Source: Synechococcus sp. A15-28 (GTDB lineage Bacteria > Cyanobacteriota > Cyanobacteriia > PCC-6307 > Cyanobiaceae). Taken from it: 32,000 nucleotides of DNA. The position numbers and the translations under genes are program-made. The notes under the pieces were generated by a model. That model had not been told where the DNA came from. It ran no database searches and saw only the letters and a program-made list of their open reading frames with translations. The stretch covers positions 1,890,001 through 1,922,000 of the forward strand of contig NZ_CP047931.1 in assembly GCF_014280175.1 (NCBI RefSeq), written 5' to 3'. Below are positions 17,639 through 29,333 of the stretch, one piece after another; within the stretch, counting starts at the first letter, position 1, and every line of letters starts with the position of its first letter.

Positions 17639-18060
17639 GCCGAAGCGCGGCGGGGCGCTCCGCGGAACGGTTCCATCGCCTCAGCAGCAGCCTCCACCAC
17701 CCGGGCGTCGCTGTCCCGCAGGGCGCGCTTGAGCAACGGCAAGACGCAACGGTGTCCCCACAGGGCTGCTTCCCGCACCGCTTCAAGCCGTTCCTCCGGC
17801 CCCGCTGCCATGCGCCCTCGCAGCCGCTGCTGCAATGCCAGACGCTCCTGTTCCGTTTGGGGAGCCGTCCAATTCGCCGGAGGATCCTCGCTGGCGCTGT
17901 CTGGAGGGGATGATTCGATCACCAGCTCGAGCTGCGCCCGATTCAGTTGGGCCACCGTGCTGGTGTCGGTGCTGCTGAGCATGGGTTTGACCGGCTTGCG
18001 GCGCAGCCACAGGACCACCGTCAGAAGAACGACAGCACCGGGGACGAGAACGTTCTGCAT
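17596..18060 (-). CDS. Short membrane-anchored protein with a HEAT-repeat-like segment
   Basis: The internal ATG gives MQNVLVPGAVVLLTVVLWLRRKP..., followed by LERLEAVREAALWGHRCVLPLLKRALRDSDARVVEAAAEAM. Overlaps the glycosyltransferase 3' end convergently. Confidence 0.55.
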   Translation of the reverse strand: MQNVLVPGAVVLLTVVLWLRRKPVKPMLSSTDTSTVAQLNRAQLELVIESSPPDSASEDPPANWTAPQTEQERLALQQRLRGRMAAGPEERLEAVREAALWGHRCVLPLLKRALRDSDARVVEAAAEAMEPFRGAPRRASAQPVRPPRNVSRMR

Positions 18061-18150
18061 GCGGATTGAACTTTTATGTCGCCGTTGCGGCCTGAAAGAG
18101 ACCGTCAGATCAGTGATCTCTACAGTAGCGGCGAAGCTTTTGGCCTCGAC

Positions 18151-18267
18151 ATGACTGGAGATTTCGCTGCTGCCTGGCTGCCTGCGATTTTCGTTCCCAT
18201 TACCGGAATCGTCTTCCCTGCAGTGTTCATCGTCCTCGTCGGTCGAGTGATCACCGCCGCCGAGTGA
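18151..18267 (+). CDS. psaI: Photosystem I reaction centre subunit VIII
   Basis: [38 protein letters not shown], a 38-aa single-helix protein directly upstream of psaL. Confidence 0.82.
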   Translation: MTGDFAAAWLPAIFVPITGIVFPAVFIVLVGRVITAAE

Positions 18268-18310
18268 CCGCGAATTGCGGATCGTTTCCACCCCTCAGCA
18301 TTCGACTTCA

Positions 18311-18802
18311 ATGACCGTCACTCCCGTCTCTGACCCCTGCGTAGGCAATCTCGCCACCCCGGTGAACAGCGGCTATTTCATCAAGGGCCTGATCAACAAC
18401 CTGCCCCTGTACCGCCCCGGCATCTCCCCCAACTTCCGCGGCCTGGAGACCGGTGCAGCCTTTGGCTATCTGCTGTACGGCCCCTTCACCATCTGCGGTC
18501 CCCTGCGGGCCACGGAGTATCAGCAGACCGCAGGCCTGCTGGCCGCCATCGGCGCGGTTCACATCCTCAGCCTGCTGTTCCTGCTGTACAACCAGCCCGG
18601 CAAGCAACCCAACATCCCCCCCGCGGACGCCACGGTTGAAAACCCACCGGCTGACCTGTTCACCCGCACCGGCTGGGCTGACTTCACCAGCGGCTTCTGG
18701 CTGGGCGGCTGCGGCGGTGCCGTGTTCGCCTGGTTCCTCTGCAACACAGTGCACGTTCAGGAGCTGTTCAAGATCGCTGCCGGGGTCTGGAGCGTCGGCT
18801 GA
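18311..18802 (+). CDS. psaL: Photosystem I reaction centre subunit XI
   Basis: [59 protein letters not shown]..., characteristic PsaL sequence. Confidence 0.95.
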   Translation: MTVTPVSDPCVGNLATPVNSGYFIKGLINNLPLYRPGISPNFRGLETGAAFGYLLYGPFTICGPLRATEYQQTAGLLAAIGAVHILSLLFLLYNQPGKQPNIPPADATVENPPADLFTRTGWADFTSGFWLGGCGGAVFAWFLCNTVHVQELFKIAAGVWSVG

Positions 18803-18922
18803 TCTGCCCCTGGGGCCTCAGTCACTGATCTGACCAATCCCATCGCTGACCCTCTGCTGTTCCCTCTTGGTGCAGCTGAGGGTTTTCGACTGTCAAGATC
18901 CACCCATCTCTGAGTCGTCCCG

Positions 18923-21900
18923 GTGCGGTCGCTCTCCCAGCCGTTTCTGCGCCGACCGGTCTTCACCGTTGTCTGCAGCCTGCTGATCCTGCTGGCGGGC
19001 CTCGTGGCCCTCACCGGTCTTGGACTCGAGGACCTGCCGCAGTTGGCTCCGACCCGGGTCAGCGTTCGAGCCACCTTTGCTGCGGCGTCACCGGAAGTGG
19101 TGGAGCAGAGCGTCACGGCCGTCCTGGAACAGCAGCTCAATGGCCTGGAGGGGCTGGAGAGCATCAGCTCCAACAGTCGCCAGGGGGGCGCCAGCATCAG
19201 CCTGCGGTTCAGCGAAGGCGATCCCGAGCTGAATGCCATCAAGGTGCAGAACGAAGTGAACCTCGCCACCCGCCGCCTGCCTCAGGCGGTGAGCCGTCAG
19301 GGGCTGCGGGTGCGCCGGTCCTCGGATGACCTGCTGATGATCCTTGGCTTCAGCCATCCGCCCGACCAATACGTCTCCACCTTTCTGGCCGGCTGGCTGG
19401 ATCAATCCCTGCGGGAGTCACTGCTCACCACCCCCGGCGTCGGCGATGTGCTGGTGTTTGGCAGCAGTGAGCTCTCCTTTCGCCTCTGGCTCGATCCAGA
19501 TCGACTGGAACAGGCCAACCTCACCATTTCAGACGTCAGCCGAGCCCTGGCGGAGCAGAACGTTCTGGCCGCCATCGGCAGCCTGGGCGCCTCTCCAGCG
19601 CCGGATGGTCAGCTGATCAGCCTGCCCGTGGATGCCGAGGGACGGCTGCTGAGTCAGAAGGATTTCGAAAACCTGATCCTGCGCCGCCTCGACAACGGCG
19701 GCCTGCTGCGCCTCAAGGATGTGGGCCGCGTCGAGCTGGGACAGCGCAGCTACGGCAGCCAGGCCATGAATCTCGACGGGCAGCGCTCCGTGGCCGTGGG
19801 GCTCTACCAACGGGATGGAGCCAATGCCCTGGAGGTGAGCCGAGCTGTCAAGGCCGAGCTGAAGCGACTGGAACCCAGCTTCCCGCCCGGGATCGAGACC
19901 TCGATGATCGTGGACGTGGCTGACAACGTCCAGGCCAACCTCGACCGCACCATCGCCACCCTGCGGGATGCCGTGCTTCTGGTGCTGGTGGTGCTGGTGC
20001 TGTTCCTGGGACGCTGGCGCCTCGCCCTGATCCCTGGTCTTGCCGTGCCGGTGGCCCTGGTGGGAAGCCTGGTGCTGGTGAAACTGAGCGGCTCCAACCT
20101 CAACAGTCTGATTCTATTTGGGATGGTGATGGCCACGGGAATCGTGGTCGATGACGCGATCGTGGTGAGCGAGGACATCGCCGGTCGGATCGAACGGGGG
20201 GATGCCCCAAAAGCTGCGGCAGAAGACGCCATGGCCGAACTGGCCGGAGCGGTTGTGGCCACCTCCCTGGTGCTGGCTGCCGTGTTCGTGCCGGTGCTGC
20301 TGATCCCCGGCTCCGTGGGACGGCTGTATCAACCGATTGCCCTGGCCATCAGCGGCGCCATTCTGTTCTCCACCCTCAACGCCCTCTCCTTCACACCGAT
20401 GGCCTGCGCCCGGGTGCTGGACTCCGGCGAAGGGCGACTGCCGGGTCCGCTGCGACGCCTGAGCAGCGGGCTGAGGCAAGGCATGAGCAACCTGCAGCGG
20501 CGCTACGCAAATTTGCTGGAGCGTTGGCTGCGGCGCGCCCCGCTGGTGCTGGGCCTGCTGCTGACGGGACTGCTCATCACCGGCGCTGGGCTGGCGGCGA
20601 TGCCCACCGCCTTCATCCTCAACGAAGACCAGAGCCAGATCCGCGGCTATTTCACCCTGCCGGAGGGAGCAAGCCTGGAACGCACGGTGGCGGTGATGGA
20701 CCGCATCCGTGCTGTGGTGGCTGAAGAGCCGTTGATCCGCACGGGCAACTTTTATGCCGGTCGATCCTTCGGCCAGAGCGGTGAGGACCGTGGGTCGTTC
20801 TATCTACGGCTCCAGCCACTGGAGGAACGGTCCGGTCGCGATCAGAGCAGTGATGCGGTGAAACGACGGCTGAACCGGGCCATCCGCAGCCGGATCGGCG
20901 ACGCCCGTGTGGTGGTCACCACCCCAGCCACTGTGCGGGGCTTCAGCAGCGAATCCGGATTGAGGCTGGAACTGCTGGACCGCAGCGGCGGGCAACTCAG
21001 CCTGCAGGAGTTCGAAGCCGTGGCCCAGCGCTTCATCGACACCGCCCAAGCCAGCAACCGCTTTGAACGGGTGAGCACCCGCTTCGATGCCAGCTCCCCC
21101 CGCTGGCGCCTCAGTCTTGATCGGGATCTTCTTGCTGGCCTCGACCTCGATCTCAACACCACCCTGCGCGACATCGGCACGGCCATCGGCGGCCGCTACA
21201 TCGACGACACCTACGAGGGGGGGCGCATCCGCAGCATCTATCTGCAGTTGGACGGAGAGCGTCGAGCCGGCCCGGAGGACCTCAGCGGCTTGATGGTGCG
21301 CAACCGCAGCGGAGAGCTGGTCTCTTTGGAGAACGTGGCCACCCTGACCCGAACGGAAGGGGCCAACAGCATTCGCCACTATGGCCTCAACCGGGCCATC
21401 ACGGTCACGGCGGTGCCGGCCCCTGGGGTGAGCAGCGGTCAGGCGATTCAGCAACTCAAGGCCGCTGGCGATTCGGTGGGGGGCAACAACATCGGGCTGA
21501 CCTTCACGGGCCTGGCCCTGGAAGAGCAAAAGGCAGCCCGCTCAACCTGGGTGCTGTTCAGCCTCGGGGTGGTGGTGGTGTATCTGCTGCTGGCGGCGCT
21601 CTACGAAAGCTTTGTGGATCCGCTGATCATTTTGCTCACGGTGCCCATTGCCCTGATGGGGGCGCTGATCGGGCTGAAATTGCGCGGTCTGCCCCTGGAT
21701 GTCTACGGACAGATGGGACTGCTGGTGTTGGTGAGCCTGGCGGCCAAGAACGGCATCCTGATTGTCGAATTCGCGAACCAACGGCTCAACGCCGGCATGA
21801 ACCTGCGTGAGGCGATCCTCGGCGCCGCCGTGAACCGAATGCGGCCGATCCTGCTCACAGCAGTCACCTCCCTGGCCGGCTTTCTACCGCTGCTGCTGGC

Positions 21901-22033
21901 CCAGGGCAGCGGTTCCGCCAGCCGGATCAGCATTGGCACGGTGGTGTTCAGCGGCCTGCTGGTCTCCTCTTGGCTGTCCTTGTTTGTGGTGCCGACGGTG
22001 TATTTGTTGCTGAAACGCTGGCGTCCGGCATGA
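18923..22033 (+). CDS. RND-family efflux transporter permease (AcrB/MMPL-like)
   Basis: 1036 aa; LRRPVFTVVCSLLILLAGL; GLEGLESISSNSRQGGASISLRF; GIVVDDAIVVSEDI motif; C-terminal LTAVTSLAGFLPLLLAQGSG. GTG start. Confidence 0.93.
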   Translation: MRSLSQPFLRRPVFTVVCSLLILLAGLVALTGLGLEDLPQLAPTRVSVRATFAAASPEVVEQSVTAVLEQQLNGLEGLESISSNSRQGGASISLRFSEGDPELNAIKVQNEVNLATRRLPQAVSRQGLRVRRSSDDLLMILGFSHPPDQYVSTFLAGWLDQSLRESLLTTPGVGDVLVFGSSELSFRLWLDPDRLEQANLTISDVSRALAEQNVLAAIGSLGASPAPDGQLISLPVDAEGRLLSQKDFENLILRRLDNGGLLRLKDVGRVELGQRSYGSQAMNLDGQRSVAVGLYQRDGANALEVSRAVKAELKRLEPSFPPGIETSMIVDVADNVQANLDRTIATLRDAVLLVLVVLVLFLGRWRLALIPGLAVPVALVGSLVLVKLSGSNLNSLILFGMVMATGIVVDDAIVVSEDIAGRIERGDAPKAAAEDAMAELAGAVVATSLVLAAVFVPVLLIPGSVGRLYQPIALAISGAILFSTLNALSFTPMACARVLDSGEGRLPGPLRRLSSGLRQGMSNLQRRYANLLERWLRRAPLVLGLLLTGLLITGAGLAAMPTAFILNEDQSQIRGYFTLPEGASLERTVAVMDRIRAVVAEEPLIRTGNFYAGRSFGQSGEDRGSFYLRLQPLEERSGRDQSSDAVKRRLNRAIRSRIGDARVVVTTPATVRGFSSESGLRLELLDRSGGQLSLQEFEAVAQRFIDTAQASNRFERVSTRFDASSPRWRLSLDRDLLAGLDLDLNTTLRDIGTAIGGRYIDDTYEGGRIRSIYLQLDGERRAGPEDLSGLMVRNRSGELVSLENVATLTRTEGANSIRHYGLNRAITVTAVPAPGVSSGQAIQQLKAAGDSVGGNNIGLTFTGLALEEQKAARSTWVLFSLGVVVVYLLLAALYESFVDPLIILLTVPIALMGALIGLKLRGLPLDVYGQMGLLVLVSLAAKNGILIVEFANQRLNAGMNLREAILGAAVNRMRPILLTAVTSLAGFLPLLLAQGSGSASRISIGTVVFSGLLVSSWLSLFVVPTVYLLLKRWRPA

Positions 22034-23166
22034 CCTCAACACCTCCTGCGGCTGCGGTCCGCCGTCGGTTGATCCTGCACGCCGGCACCCACAAGACCGC
22101 CTCAACGGACATCCAATCGAGGCTGCTGCGCAGCCGGGCGTTGCTGGAGCAACAGCACATTCAGTACCGGTTTCCCCTGGCGGAGATTCCTGATTTCAAA
22201 CCCCTCATCAAAGCGATCACGCGAGGGGATTGGAGCCTGTGGCGTGACTATCTGGAGGCCATGGCCCGTCACGATGGCGATGTGCTGCTGAGTGCTGAAC
22301 AGTTCGCCCCTCGCCTCACGCAACGAACGACGCTCCGCCAGCTGAGGCGTTTAGCCCGGGAGAACGGTTATGAGCTGACGGTTGTGATTTTCATCCGATC
22401 ACAGCTCGATTACATCAACTCCCGTTATGCCTACACGCTGAAGCGTTTTTATCACACAACAACATTCAATGAGTATGTGGAGGAAGTGTTGGCGGGCCGT
22501 TTGCCCTCCAGCGGAACATTCACGGGGCCCAATGCCAAACGCAGTGATGTGTTCGACTTCTGGAGTTATTTCTCTGCCCTGCTGAATGAACGAAAGCGGG
22601 GACTGGATGTGCGCTTCATTCCCTTTCGCCAGACGGAGCAAGACCCGCTGCGACAACTGCTGAGGACCCTTGATCTCAATCCGGATCTGAACTGGGCCGC
22701 CAGCCGTTCAGAGGACCTCAATGCAAGTCCGGGCCCTCGCGCCACCTGGTTGGCACGCCAAGTGGGGCTGCGCCTGGCCCGCCATGGCATCAGCCATCGG
22801 GTCATCGAGAATTCCTCTGCGATCGTTCCGCGGGAGCAGAGCTTCCGTCGTTGGAACGATGGCAATTACTGGGGATTCGACAGGGATCTCGCCAGGGTCG
22901 TGCGACGGCATTTCAAGGACAACAACAACCGCTTTGCCGAAGCGGTCTGGGGACGGCGCTGGAAGGAGGTGTTCGTTCAGGACAAGACCCTGCTGCAACG
23001 CCCGCAAGCGGTGTACGCACCGGAGAGTGCGAGCGAAATGGTGGCGATGCAACGCATCGCTGATCATGTGCTGCTGCGCATCCAGCGACGGCTGCAACCC
23101 AGGGCGTTTCACCGATTGCGGGAAGCCGTGGAGCGATTGGGTTCAACCCTGCCGGGAACGATTTAA
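22030..23166 (+). CDS. Sulfotransferase-like protein
   Basis: PAPS-binding-like LILHAGTHKTASTDIQSRL; overlaps the RND gene stop by ATGA. Confidence 0.65.
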   Translation: MTSTPPAAAVRRRLILHAGTHKTASTDIQSRLLRSRALLEQQHIQYRFPLAEIPDFKPLIKAITRGDWSLWRDYLEAMARHDGDVLLSAEQFAPRLTQRTTLRQLRRLARENGYELTVVIFIRSQLDYINSRYAYTLKRFYHTTTFNEYVEEVLAGRLPSSGTFTGPNAKRSDVFDFWSYFSALLNERKRGLDVRFIPFRQTEQDPLRQLLRTLDLNPDLNWAASRSEDLNASPGPRATWLARQVGLRLARHGISHRVIENSSAIVPREQSFRRWNDGNYWGFDRDLARVVRRHFKDNNNRFAEAVWGRRWKEVFVQDKTLLQRPQAVYAPESASEMVAMQRIADHVLLRIQRRLQPRAFHRLREAVERLGSTLPGTI

Positions 23167-23507
23167 AAACTGTGGCGGGTCCCGGGATCAGCCCAGAACA
23201 CCTTGAGTGTGAGCTCTGGTGTTGTGAATTGGATCCCAGCCTCGTCATTGAAGCGCTGATAAGTGACGTTCTGCTTGGACGCTGGAAAGTCAAATTGCAG
23301 TCCACCAGGCAAACCAGGGTTCATCACCACGTGAACGTTGCCCTGGGACTGGCTGAACTGACAATTGGCAGCGCTATTGGTCCGCTTCATCACCGGAGAC
23401 TTCACGTGCAGATGGCAATGCACGCGAGCGGTATCGGCATCAACAGGAGGCGCAGTTCCTAGGAAAAGGGAGCAAACCGTGCCCACAAGCAGCTTGTTTG
23501 CGCTCAT
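23163..23507 (-). CDS. Hypothetical secreted protein
   Basis: Signal-peptide-like MSANKLLVGTVCSLFLGTAPPVDAD, small soluble remainder. Confidence 0.5.
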   Translation of the reverse strand: MSANKLLVGTVCSLFLGTAPPVDADTARVHCHLHVKSPVMKRTNSAANCQFSQSQGNVHVVMNPGLPGGLQFDFPASKQNVTYQRFNDEAGIQFTTPELTLKVFWADPGTRHSF

Positions 23508-23510
23508 CAA

Positions 23511-24317
23511 TTAACGCTGCAACAGAACATGGCGGCTGGCGATCCAACTGCCGAACGCGTCATAGCAGCGCTGAATACGCTCCAACCGCTCAGGACAGGG
23601 ACACCACCAGGCCTCGATGGCAAAGCCGCTGCCAGCCCTGACCTGTTCGGGGGCGCGGAAGGCGCCACCATCAGGGAGCCAGCGCAGGCCTTGCACCATG
23701 TCGTTGGTGATCTGCAGTTCATGGGGCGTGATGACAGAATCGACCGCTGAGCGGTCTCGCTCCAGCAACGTCTGCTGTCCACACCAATCGCCCAGAAGCT
23801 GCTCCGCCGTCAGGGGAGGTGCTTCATGGGCATGGACACCGGCACGGTGTTCGCGAATCAGAACCGGGTGATCAAAGCGACCGCTTCCATCCCAGAGCAA
23901 CACCAGGCGATGGCGGCGATCTCGCCAGAGGAATCCGAATTCGGCATAGGGCCTGGACCAGGAGGAGATGAACAGGGAACCCCGTGAAAAGCTGCCGCTG
24001 GAGAAGAAACCCAGCTCAGAATCCACCTGATGGAAGGACTGAGCGATCCGCTTCACCGGATCGCCCTGACGTTGGCCATCGAGAGCATCAGGCCAGAACA
24101 GCAACTCCAGCTCCACAAGGGCGTCGTCCCCCGCAAGGGTGAGTTGCGATGGCTGCCGCCGTCTCAACTCCAGACTCCGGTCCAGCGTGTCGAAGCTGCC
24201 CTGCCAGATGCCGCGGTTGAGCAAAAAGTGACTCCATTGGCGTGACGTCACAACCAGCAAGCAAAACCAGGGTCGACAACCTATCCAGCACCAGCCGATG
24301 GAGCGTGGCTGCAACAA
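23511..24317 (-). CDS. Hypothetical protein
   Basis: 268 aa ORF with normal composition; start uncertain. Confidence 0.5.
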   Translation of the reverse strand: MLQPRSIGWCWIGCRPWFCLLVVTSRQWSHFLLNRGIWQGSFDTLDRSLELRRRQPSQLTLAGDDALVELELLFWPDALDGQRQGDPVKRIAQSFHQVDSELGFFSSGSFSRGSLFISSWSRPYAEFGFLWRDRRHRLVLLWDGSGRFDHPVLIREHRAGVHAHEAPPLTAEQLLGDWCGQQTLLERDRSAVDSVITPHELQITNDMVQGLRWLPDGGAFRAPEQVRAGSGFAIEAWWCPCPERLERIQRCYDAFGSWIASRHVLLQR

Positions 24318-24392
24318 AAAACCCCGCCCGGCAAACCGGACGGGGTGAATACGAGGAACGACTCGTGAATCAGACGGTTGGACGGATATGAA

Positions 24393-26606
24393 TCAACCGA
24401 ACTTGCCTGAAGTGGAGGCGATCAGGAAGGCGGCGTACGTGAGCACGTAACCAACCGAGAAGTGGGCGAGACCCACAACACGAGCCTGAACGATCGAGAG
24501 AGCCACAGGCTTGTCGCGCCAGCCCATCATGTTGGCGATGGGGCTGCGCTGATGCGCCCAGACGATGGTCTCGATCAGTTCCTGCCAGTAACCGCGCCAG
24601 GAGATCAGGAACATGAAACCGGTGGCCCACACCAGGTGACCGAACAGGAACATCCAGGCCCAGACGGCCAGGTTGTTGCTGCCGAACGGGTTGTAGCCGT
24701 TGATCAGCTGGGAGGAGTTGAGCCAGAGGTAGTCGCGGAACCAGCCCATCAGGTAGGTGCTGGATTCGTTGAACTGAGCCACGTTGCCGGACCAGATGGC
24801 CAGGTGCTTCCAGTGCCAATAGAAGGTGACCCAACCCACGGTGTTCAGGGCCCAGAAGACAGCCAGATAGAAGGCGTCCCAGGCTGAGATGTCGCAGGTG
24901 CCGCCACGGCCGGGGCCGTCGCAGGGGAAGGAGTAGCCGAAGTCCTTCTTGTCAGGCATCAGCTTGGAGCCGCGAGCATCCAGGGCACCCTTCACAAGGA
25001 TCAGGGTGGTGGTGTGCAGACCCAGAGCGATGGCGTGGTGGACCAGGAAGTCACCAGGGCCGATGGGCAGGAACACGTCGGTGTTGCCGTTGATGGCATC
25101 CAGCCAGTAGTGCTCGCCGGGGATGTTCTGCGCAGCGAGGCTGGCGGAACTGGAGGCGTTGGAGAGCAGCACGTCCATGCCGTACATGGCCTTACCAGAG
25201 GCGGCCTGCACGAACTGGGCGAACACGGGCTCCACCAGGATCTGCTTCTCGGGGGTACCGAAGGAGACGACCACATCGTTGTGGACGTAGAGGCCGAGGG
25301 TGTGGAAACCGAGGAACAGGGAGACCCAGCTCAGGTGGCTGATGATCGCTTCCTTGTGCTCGAGCATCCGAGCCAGGACGTTGTCCTTGTTGGCTTCGGG
25401 GTCGTAGTCACGGATGAAGAAGATCGCACCGTGGGCAAAGGCACCGCACATCAGGGCGATGGCGATGTACTGGTGATGGGTGTACAGGGCTGCCTGGGTC
25501 GTGTAGTCCTTCGCGATGAAGGCGTACGACGGCATCGAGTACATGTGCTGCGCCACCAGGCTGGTGACCACGCCGAGGGAGGCGAGAGCCAGGCCGAGCT
25601 GGAAGTGCAGGCTGTTGTTGATCGTGTCGTAAAGACCTTTGTGGCCGGCGCCGAGGTCACCAGGGGTGCCCTTGGGTGGGTTGTGGGTCTCGAGGATCTC
25701 CTTGATGGAGTGACCGATCCCGAAGTTGGTCCGGTACATGTGGCCGGCGATCACGAAGATGCAACCGATGGCCAGGTGGTGGTGGGCGATGTCGGTGAGC
25801 CACAGAGCTTCGCTCTGAGGATGGAAACCGCCGAGGAAGGTGAGGATGGCGGTGCCTGCGCCATCAGCGCTGCCGAAAGCCTGGTTCAGGGAATCAGGGT
25901 TCTCGGCATACACACCCCAGTTGCCGGTGAAGAAGGGTCCAAGACCGGCGGGGTGAGGCAGAACGTTGAGGAAGTTGTCCCAACCGACGTGCTGTCCGCG
26001 GGCTTCGGGGATCGCGACGTGAACCAGGTGACCGGTCCAGGCGATGGAGCTGAAGCCGAACAGAACGGCGAGGTGGTGGTTGAGGCGTGATTCAGCGTTC
26101 TTGAACCAGGCCAGAGAGGGACGGAACTTGGGCTGCAGATGCAGCCAGCCGGCGAAGAGGGCCCAGGCCGACAGGATCATCATGAAGATGGAACCCTGAT
26201 ACAGCTCGGCGTTGGTGCGCATGCCGATCGTGTACCACCAGTGGTACATACCGGAGAAGGCGATGTTCACCGGAGAGGAAGCACCCGCTTGGGTGAAGGC
26301 ATCAATGGCGCCTTGACCGAAGTGGGGATCCCAGATTGCGTGAGCGATGGGGCGCACGTGCAGGGGGTCAGCGACCCACTGCTCGAAGTTGCCCTGCCAG
26401 GCGATGTGGAACAGGTTTCCCGAAACCCACAGGCCGATGATCGCCAGGTGACCGAAATGGGTGGAGAAGAGCTTCTGATAGAGGCGCTCCTCCGTCATTC
26501 CGTCATGGCTCTCGAAGTCGTGAGCCGTGGCGATCCCGTACCAGATACGACGGGTTGTCGGGTCCTGAGCCAGACCCTGGCTGAACGAAGGAAATTTCGT
26601 TGCCAT
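24393..26606 (-). CDS. psaB: Photosystem I P700 chlorophyll a apoprotein A2
   Basis: 737 aa; [33 protein letters not shown] (Fx-binding loop); [35 protein letters not shown]. Confidence 0.99.
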   Translation of the reverse strand: MATKFPSFSQGLAQDPTTRRIWYGIATAHDFESHDGMTEERLYQKLFSTHFGHLAIIGLWVSGNLFHIAWQGNFEQWVADPLHVRPIAHAIWDPHFGQGAIDAFTQAGASSPVNIAFSGMYHWWYTIGMRTNAELYQGSIFMMILSAWALFAGWLHLQPKFRPSLAWFKNAESRLNHHLAVLFGFSSIAWTGHLVHVAIPEARGQHVGWDNFLNVLPHPAGLGPFFTGNWGVYAENPDSLNQAFGSADGAGTAILTFLGGFHPQSEALWLTDIAHHHLAIGCIFVIAGHMYRTNFGIGHSIKEILETHNPPKGTPGDLGAGHKGLYDTINNSLHFQLGLALASLGVVTSLVAQHMYSMPSYAFIAKDYTTQAALYTHHQYIAIALMCGAFAHGAIFFIRDYDPEANKDNVLARMLEHKEAIISHLSWVSLFLGFHTLGLYVHNDVVVSFGTPEKQILVEPVFAQFVQAASGKAMYGMDVLLSNASSSASLAAQNIPGEHYWLDAINGNTDVFLPIGPGDFLVHHAIALGLHTTTLILVKGALDARGSKLMPDKKDFGYSFPCDGPGRGGTCDISAWDAFYLAVFWALNTVGWVTFYWHWKHLAIWSGNVAQFNESSTYLMGWFRDYLWLNSSQLINGYNPFGSNNLAVWAWMFLFGHLVWATGFMFLISWRGYWQELIETIVWAHQRSPIANMMGWRDKPVALSIVQARVVGLAHFSVGYVLTYAAFLIASTSGKFG

Positions 26607-26627
26607 TAGAGGGAAAGGTCAGTGAGG

Positions 26628-28931
26628 TCAGCCGACCACAAGAATGTGGGCGTGGAAGAAGGCCCACGTGGTCGCAATTCCGCCCAACAGGTAGTGGGCG
26701 ACACCCACGGCACGGCCCTGGATGATGGACAGCGCGCGGGGCTGGATGGCCGGAGCCACCTTCAGCTTGTTGTGAGCCCAGACGATGGACTCGATCAGCT
26801 CTTGCCAGTAGCCGCGGCCACTGAACAGGAACATCAGGCTGAAGGCCCAGATGAAGTGGGCACCCAGGAACATGATTCCGTAGGCGCTGGTGTTCGAGCC
26901 GTAGCTGTTGATCACCTGAACGGCCTGAGCCCACAGGTAGTCACGCAGCCAGCCATTGATGGTGATGGCGCTCTGGGCAAAGTTGCCGTTGGTGATGTGC
27001 GCGACGGAACCGTCGGCGTTCACCGTTCCCCAGATATCGCTCTGCATCTTCCAGGAGAAGTGGAAGATCACGATCGACAGGGAGTTGTACATCCAGAACA
27101 GACCCAGGAACACGTGGTCCCAAGCGGACACCTGACAGGTGCCACCGCGACCGGGGCCGTCGCAGGAGAAGCGGAAGCCCAGGTTGGCCTTGTCTGGAAT
27201 GAGACGGGAGCTGCGGGCGTAGAGCACACCCTTCAGCAGGATCAGCACCGTCACGTGAATCGTGAAGGCGTGGATGTGGTGCACCATGAAGTCGGCGGTG
27301 CCGAGCGGCATGGGGGCTGCGGCAACCTTGCCGCCGACCGCCACAACGGAGCCGTTGAACACTTCGCTCACGCCGGCAAGAGCGTTGGGAGCGGTGCTAC
27401 CGGCTGCTGCTGCATGGGCGTTCTGAATCCACTGGGCGAAGATCGGCTGAATGGAGATCGCCGAATCACTGAACATGTCCTGGGGACGTCCCAGGGCACG
27501 CATGGTGTCGTTGTGGATATAGAGGCCGAAGCTGTGGGCTCCAAGCCAGATGCACACCCAGTTGAGGTGGCTGATGATGGCGTCGCGGGCCTTGAGCACC
27601 CGATCCAGCACGTTGTCGATGTGCTTGGCGGGGTCGTAGTCGCGGACCATGGCGATGGCCGCGTGGGCCGCACCACCGACGATCAGGAATCCACCGATCC
27701 ACATGTGATGGGTGAACAGACCGATCTGAGTCGGGTAATCGACAGCCATGTACGCGTAGGGAGGCATGGCGTACATGTGCTGAGCCACGATGATGCTCAG
27801 TGAGCCGAGCATCGCCAGGTTCAGACCCAGCTGGGCGTGCCAGGAGGTGGTCAGGAACTCGTAGAGACCGTCGTGACCGTTGGGAGCGGGGAACAGCAGG
27901 GGATCACCCTTCTGACCTTCGTGGATCTCCTTGATGGAGTGCCCGATGCCCCAGTTCGTCCGGTACATGTGACCAGCGACGATGAAAAGGACGGCGATCG
28001 CCACATGGTGATGGGCGATGTCGGTCATCCAGAGACTGCCGGTGACAGGGTTCAAACCACCTTTGAAGGTGAGGAAGTCGCTGTAGGCAGCCCAGTTGCC
28101 GGAAAAGAAGGCTCCGATCCCTGCACCGATGCCGGGATAAAGCTGTGCCAGCAGGTCCTGATTGAAGAACTCGTGCGGCAGGGGGATGTCAGCGACAGTT
28201 GCGATGGTTTTGCCGTCGAGCACCAGCGGCTGACCAGCGTCAATCGCATCCATCAGCTTGCTGACGGGAGCGGACACATGGATGAGGTGACCTGCCCAGG
28301 AGAGAGAACCGAGACCCAGCAGACCTGCCAGGTGGTGGTTCAGCATGGACTCAACGTTCTGGAACCACTCCAGCTTCGGCGCAGCCTTGTGGTAGTGGAA
28401 AACACCAGCGTTGAGCATCAGGCCGGCCATCACCAGGGCACCGATGGCCAGAGCCATGAGCTGGGTTTCGCTGGTGATGCCCCATCCACGCCAGACGTGG
28501 AACAGGCCTGAGGTGATCTGAATGCCTTGGAAGCCGGCACCCATATCGCCATTGAGAATCTCCTGGCCAAAGATCGGCCACACCACCTGAGCACTGGGCT
28601 TCACGTGGGTGGGATCAGCGAGCCAACCGGAATAGTTTGAGAAGCGAGCACCGTGGAAGAAGGCGCCGCTCAGCCAGATGAAGATGACGGCCAGATGGCC
28701 GAAGTGTGCGGAGAAGATCCGCCGAGAGACCTCTTGAAGGTCACTCGTGTGGGCGTCGAAGTCGTGAGCGTTGGCGTGAAGGTTCCAAACCCAGGATGTG
28801 GTTTTGGGACCCTTCGCGAGAGCGCGGTCGAAATGTCCGGGCTTACCGAACAGCTCGAAGGTTGCTGGATTGTCAACCTTTTCAACCTGGCTCTTCGCGT
28901 CACTCCCACGCTCTGGTGGGCTGATGGTCAT
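26628..28931 (-). CDS. psaA: Photosystem I P700 chlorophyll a apoprotein A1
   Basis: Start [19 protein letters not shown]; [29 protein letters not shown]; upstream of psaB. Confidence 0.99.
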   Translation of the reverse strand: MTISPPERGSDAKSQVEKVDNPATFELFGKPGHFDRALAKGPKTTSWVWNLHANAHDFDAHTSDLQEVSRRIFSAHFGHLAVIFIWLSGAFFHGARFSNYSGWLADPTHVKPSAQVVWPIFGQEILNGDMGAGFQGIQITSGLFHVWRGWGITSETQLMALAIGALVMAGLMLNAGVFHYHKAAPKLEWFQNVESMLNHHLAGLLGLGSLSWAGHLIHVSAPVSKLMDAIDAGQPLVLDGKTIATVADIPLPHEFFNQDLLAQLYPGIGAGIGAFFSGNWAAYSDFLTFKGGLNPVTGSLWMTDIAHHHVAIAVLFIVAGHMYRTNWGIGHSIKEIHEGQKGDPLLFPAPNGHDGLYEFLTTSWHAQLGLNLAMLGSLSIIVAQHMYAMPPYAYMAVDYPTQIGLFTHHMWIGGFLIVGGAAHAAIAMVRDYDPAKHIDNVLDRVLKARDAIISHLNWVCIWLGAHSFGLYIHNDTMRALGRPQDMFSDSAISIQPIFAQWIQNAHAAAAGSTAPNALAGVSEVFNGSVVAVGGKVAAAPMPLGTADFMVHHIHAFTIHVTVLILLKGVLYARSSRLIPDKANLGFRFSCDGPGRGGTCQVSAWDHVFLGLFWMYNSLSIVIFHFSWKMQSDIWGTVNADGSVAHITNGNFAQSAITINGWLRDYLWAQAVQVINSYGSNTSAYGIMFLGAHFIWAFSLMFLFSGRGYWQELIESIVWAHNKLKVAPAIQPRALSIIQGRAVGVAHYLLGGIATTWAFFHAHILVVG

Positions 28932-29333
28932 CGAGTCGTTCCTCGAGGGACTGGAGTCGAGGTGGAGGGCCACCCCTCCGATGGATCGAAATCCATCGGG
29001 GCCCCGGACACAGCTCCGCAATGAAGCTGCATCAGGGCGTCAGTGCGATAAAGAGCCGAAACCCCTTGACTTCACTGAAGCTGGGGCCCCAAAAAGGGGA
29101 CCGCTGGCGGAAGCATAGATCTGAAGAAGGGCTTATACCGGTGTTGAGTTACAAAGGTTCAATCCCGCCCCGAGCCAGTCTGGAACTGGGGTCTCCAGAG
29201 GTGTGGTGATCAGCAAAAAACAGAATCTTGCGGCAGTTAGCAACACAAACGTCGTTATTTTTTCGGCCAGGCTGATAAAAACTGTTTCTTGCCACGCCAG
29301 GGTGGGCAGAATGAACCCATCCGCTGTTCAGCC

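Noticed and set aside
18757-19269. Minus-strand ORF of 170 aa overlapping psaL and the RND gene
   Set aside because: Antisense to well-supported genes, Ser/Arg-rich shadow-like composition.
25014-27803. Long plus-strand ORFs 25014..26090 and 26622..27803 (358 and 393 aa)
   Set aside because: They lie antisense to the highly conserved psaB and psaA genes, and their composition is consistent with codon-bias artefacts in GC-rich sequence.
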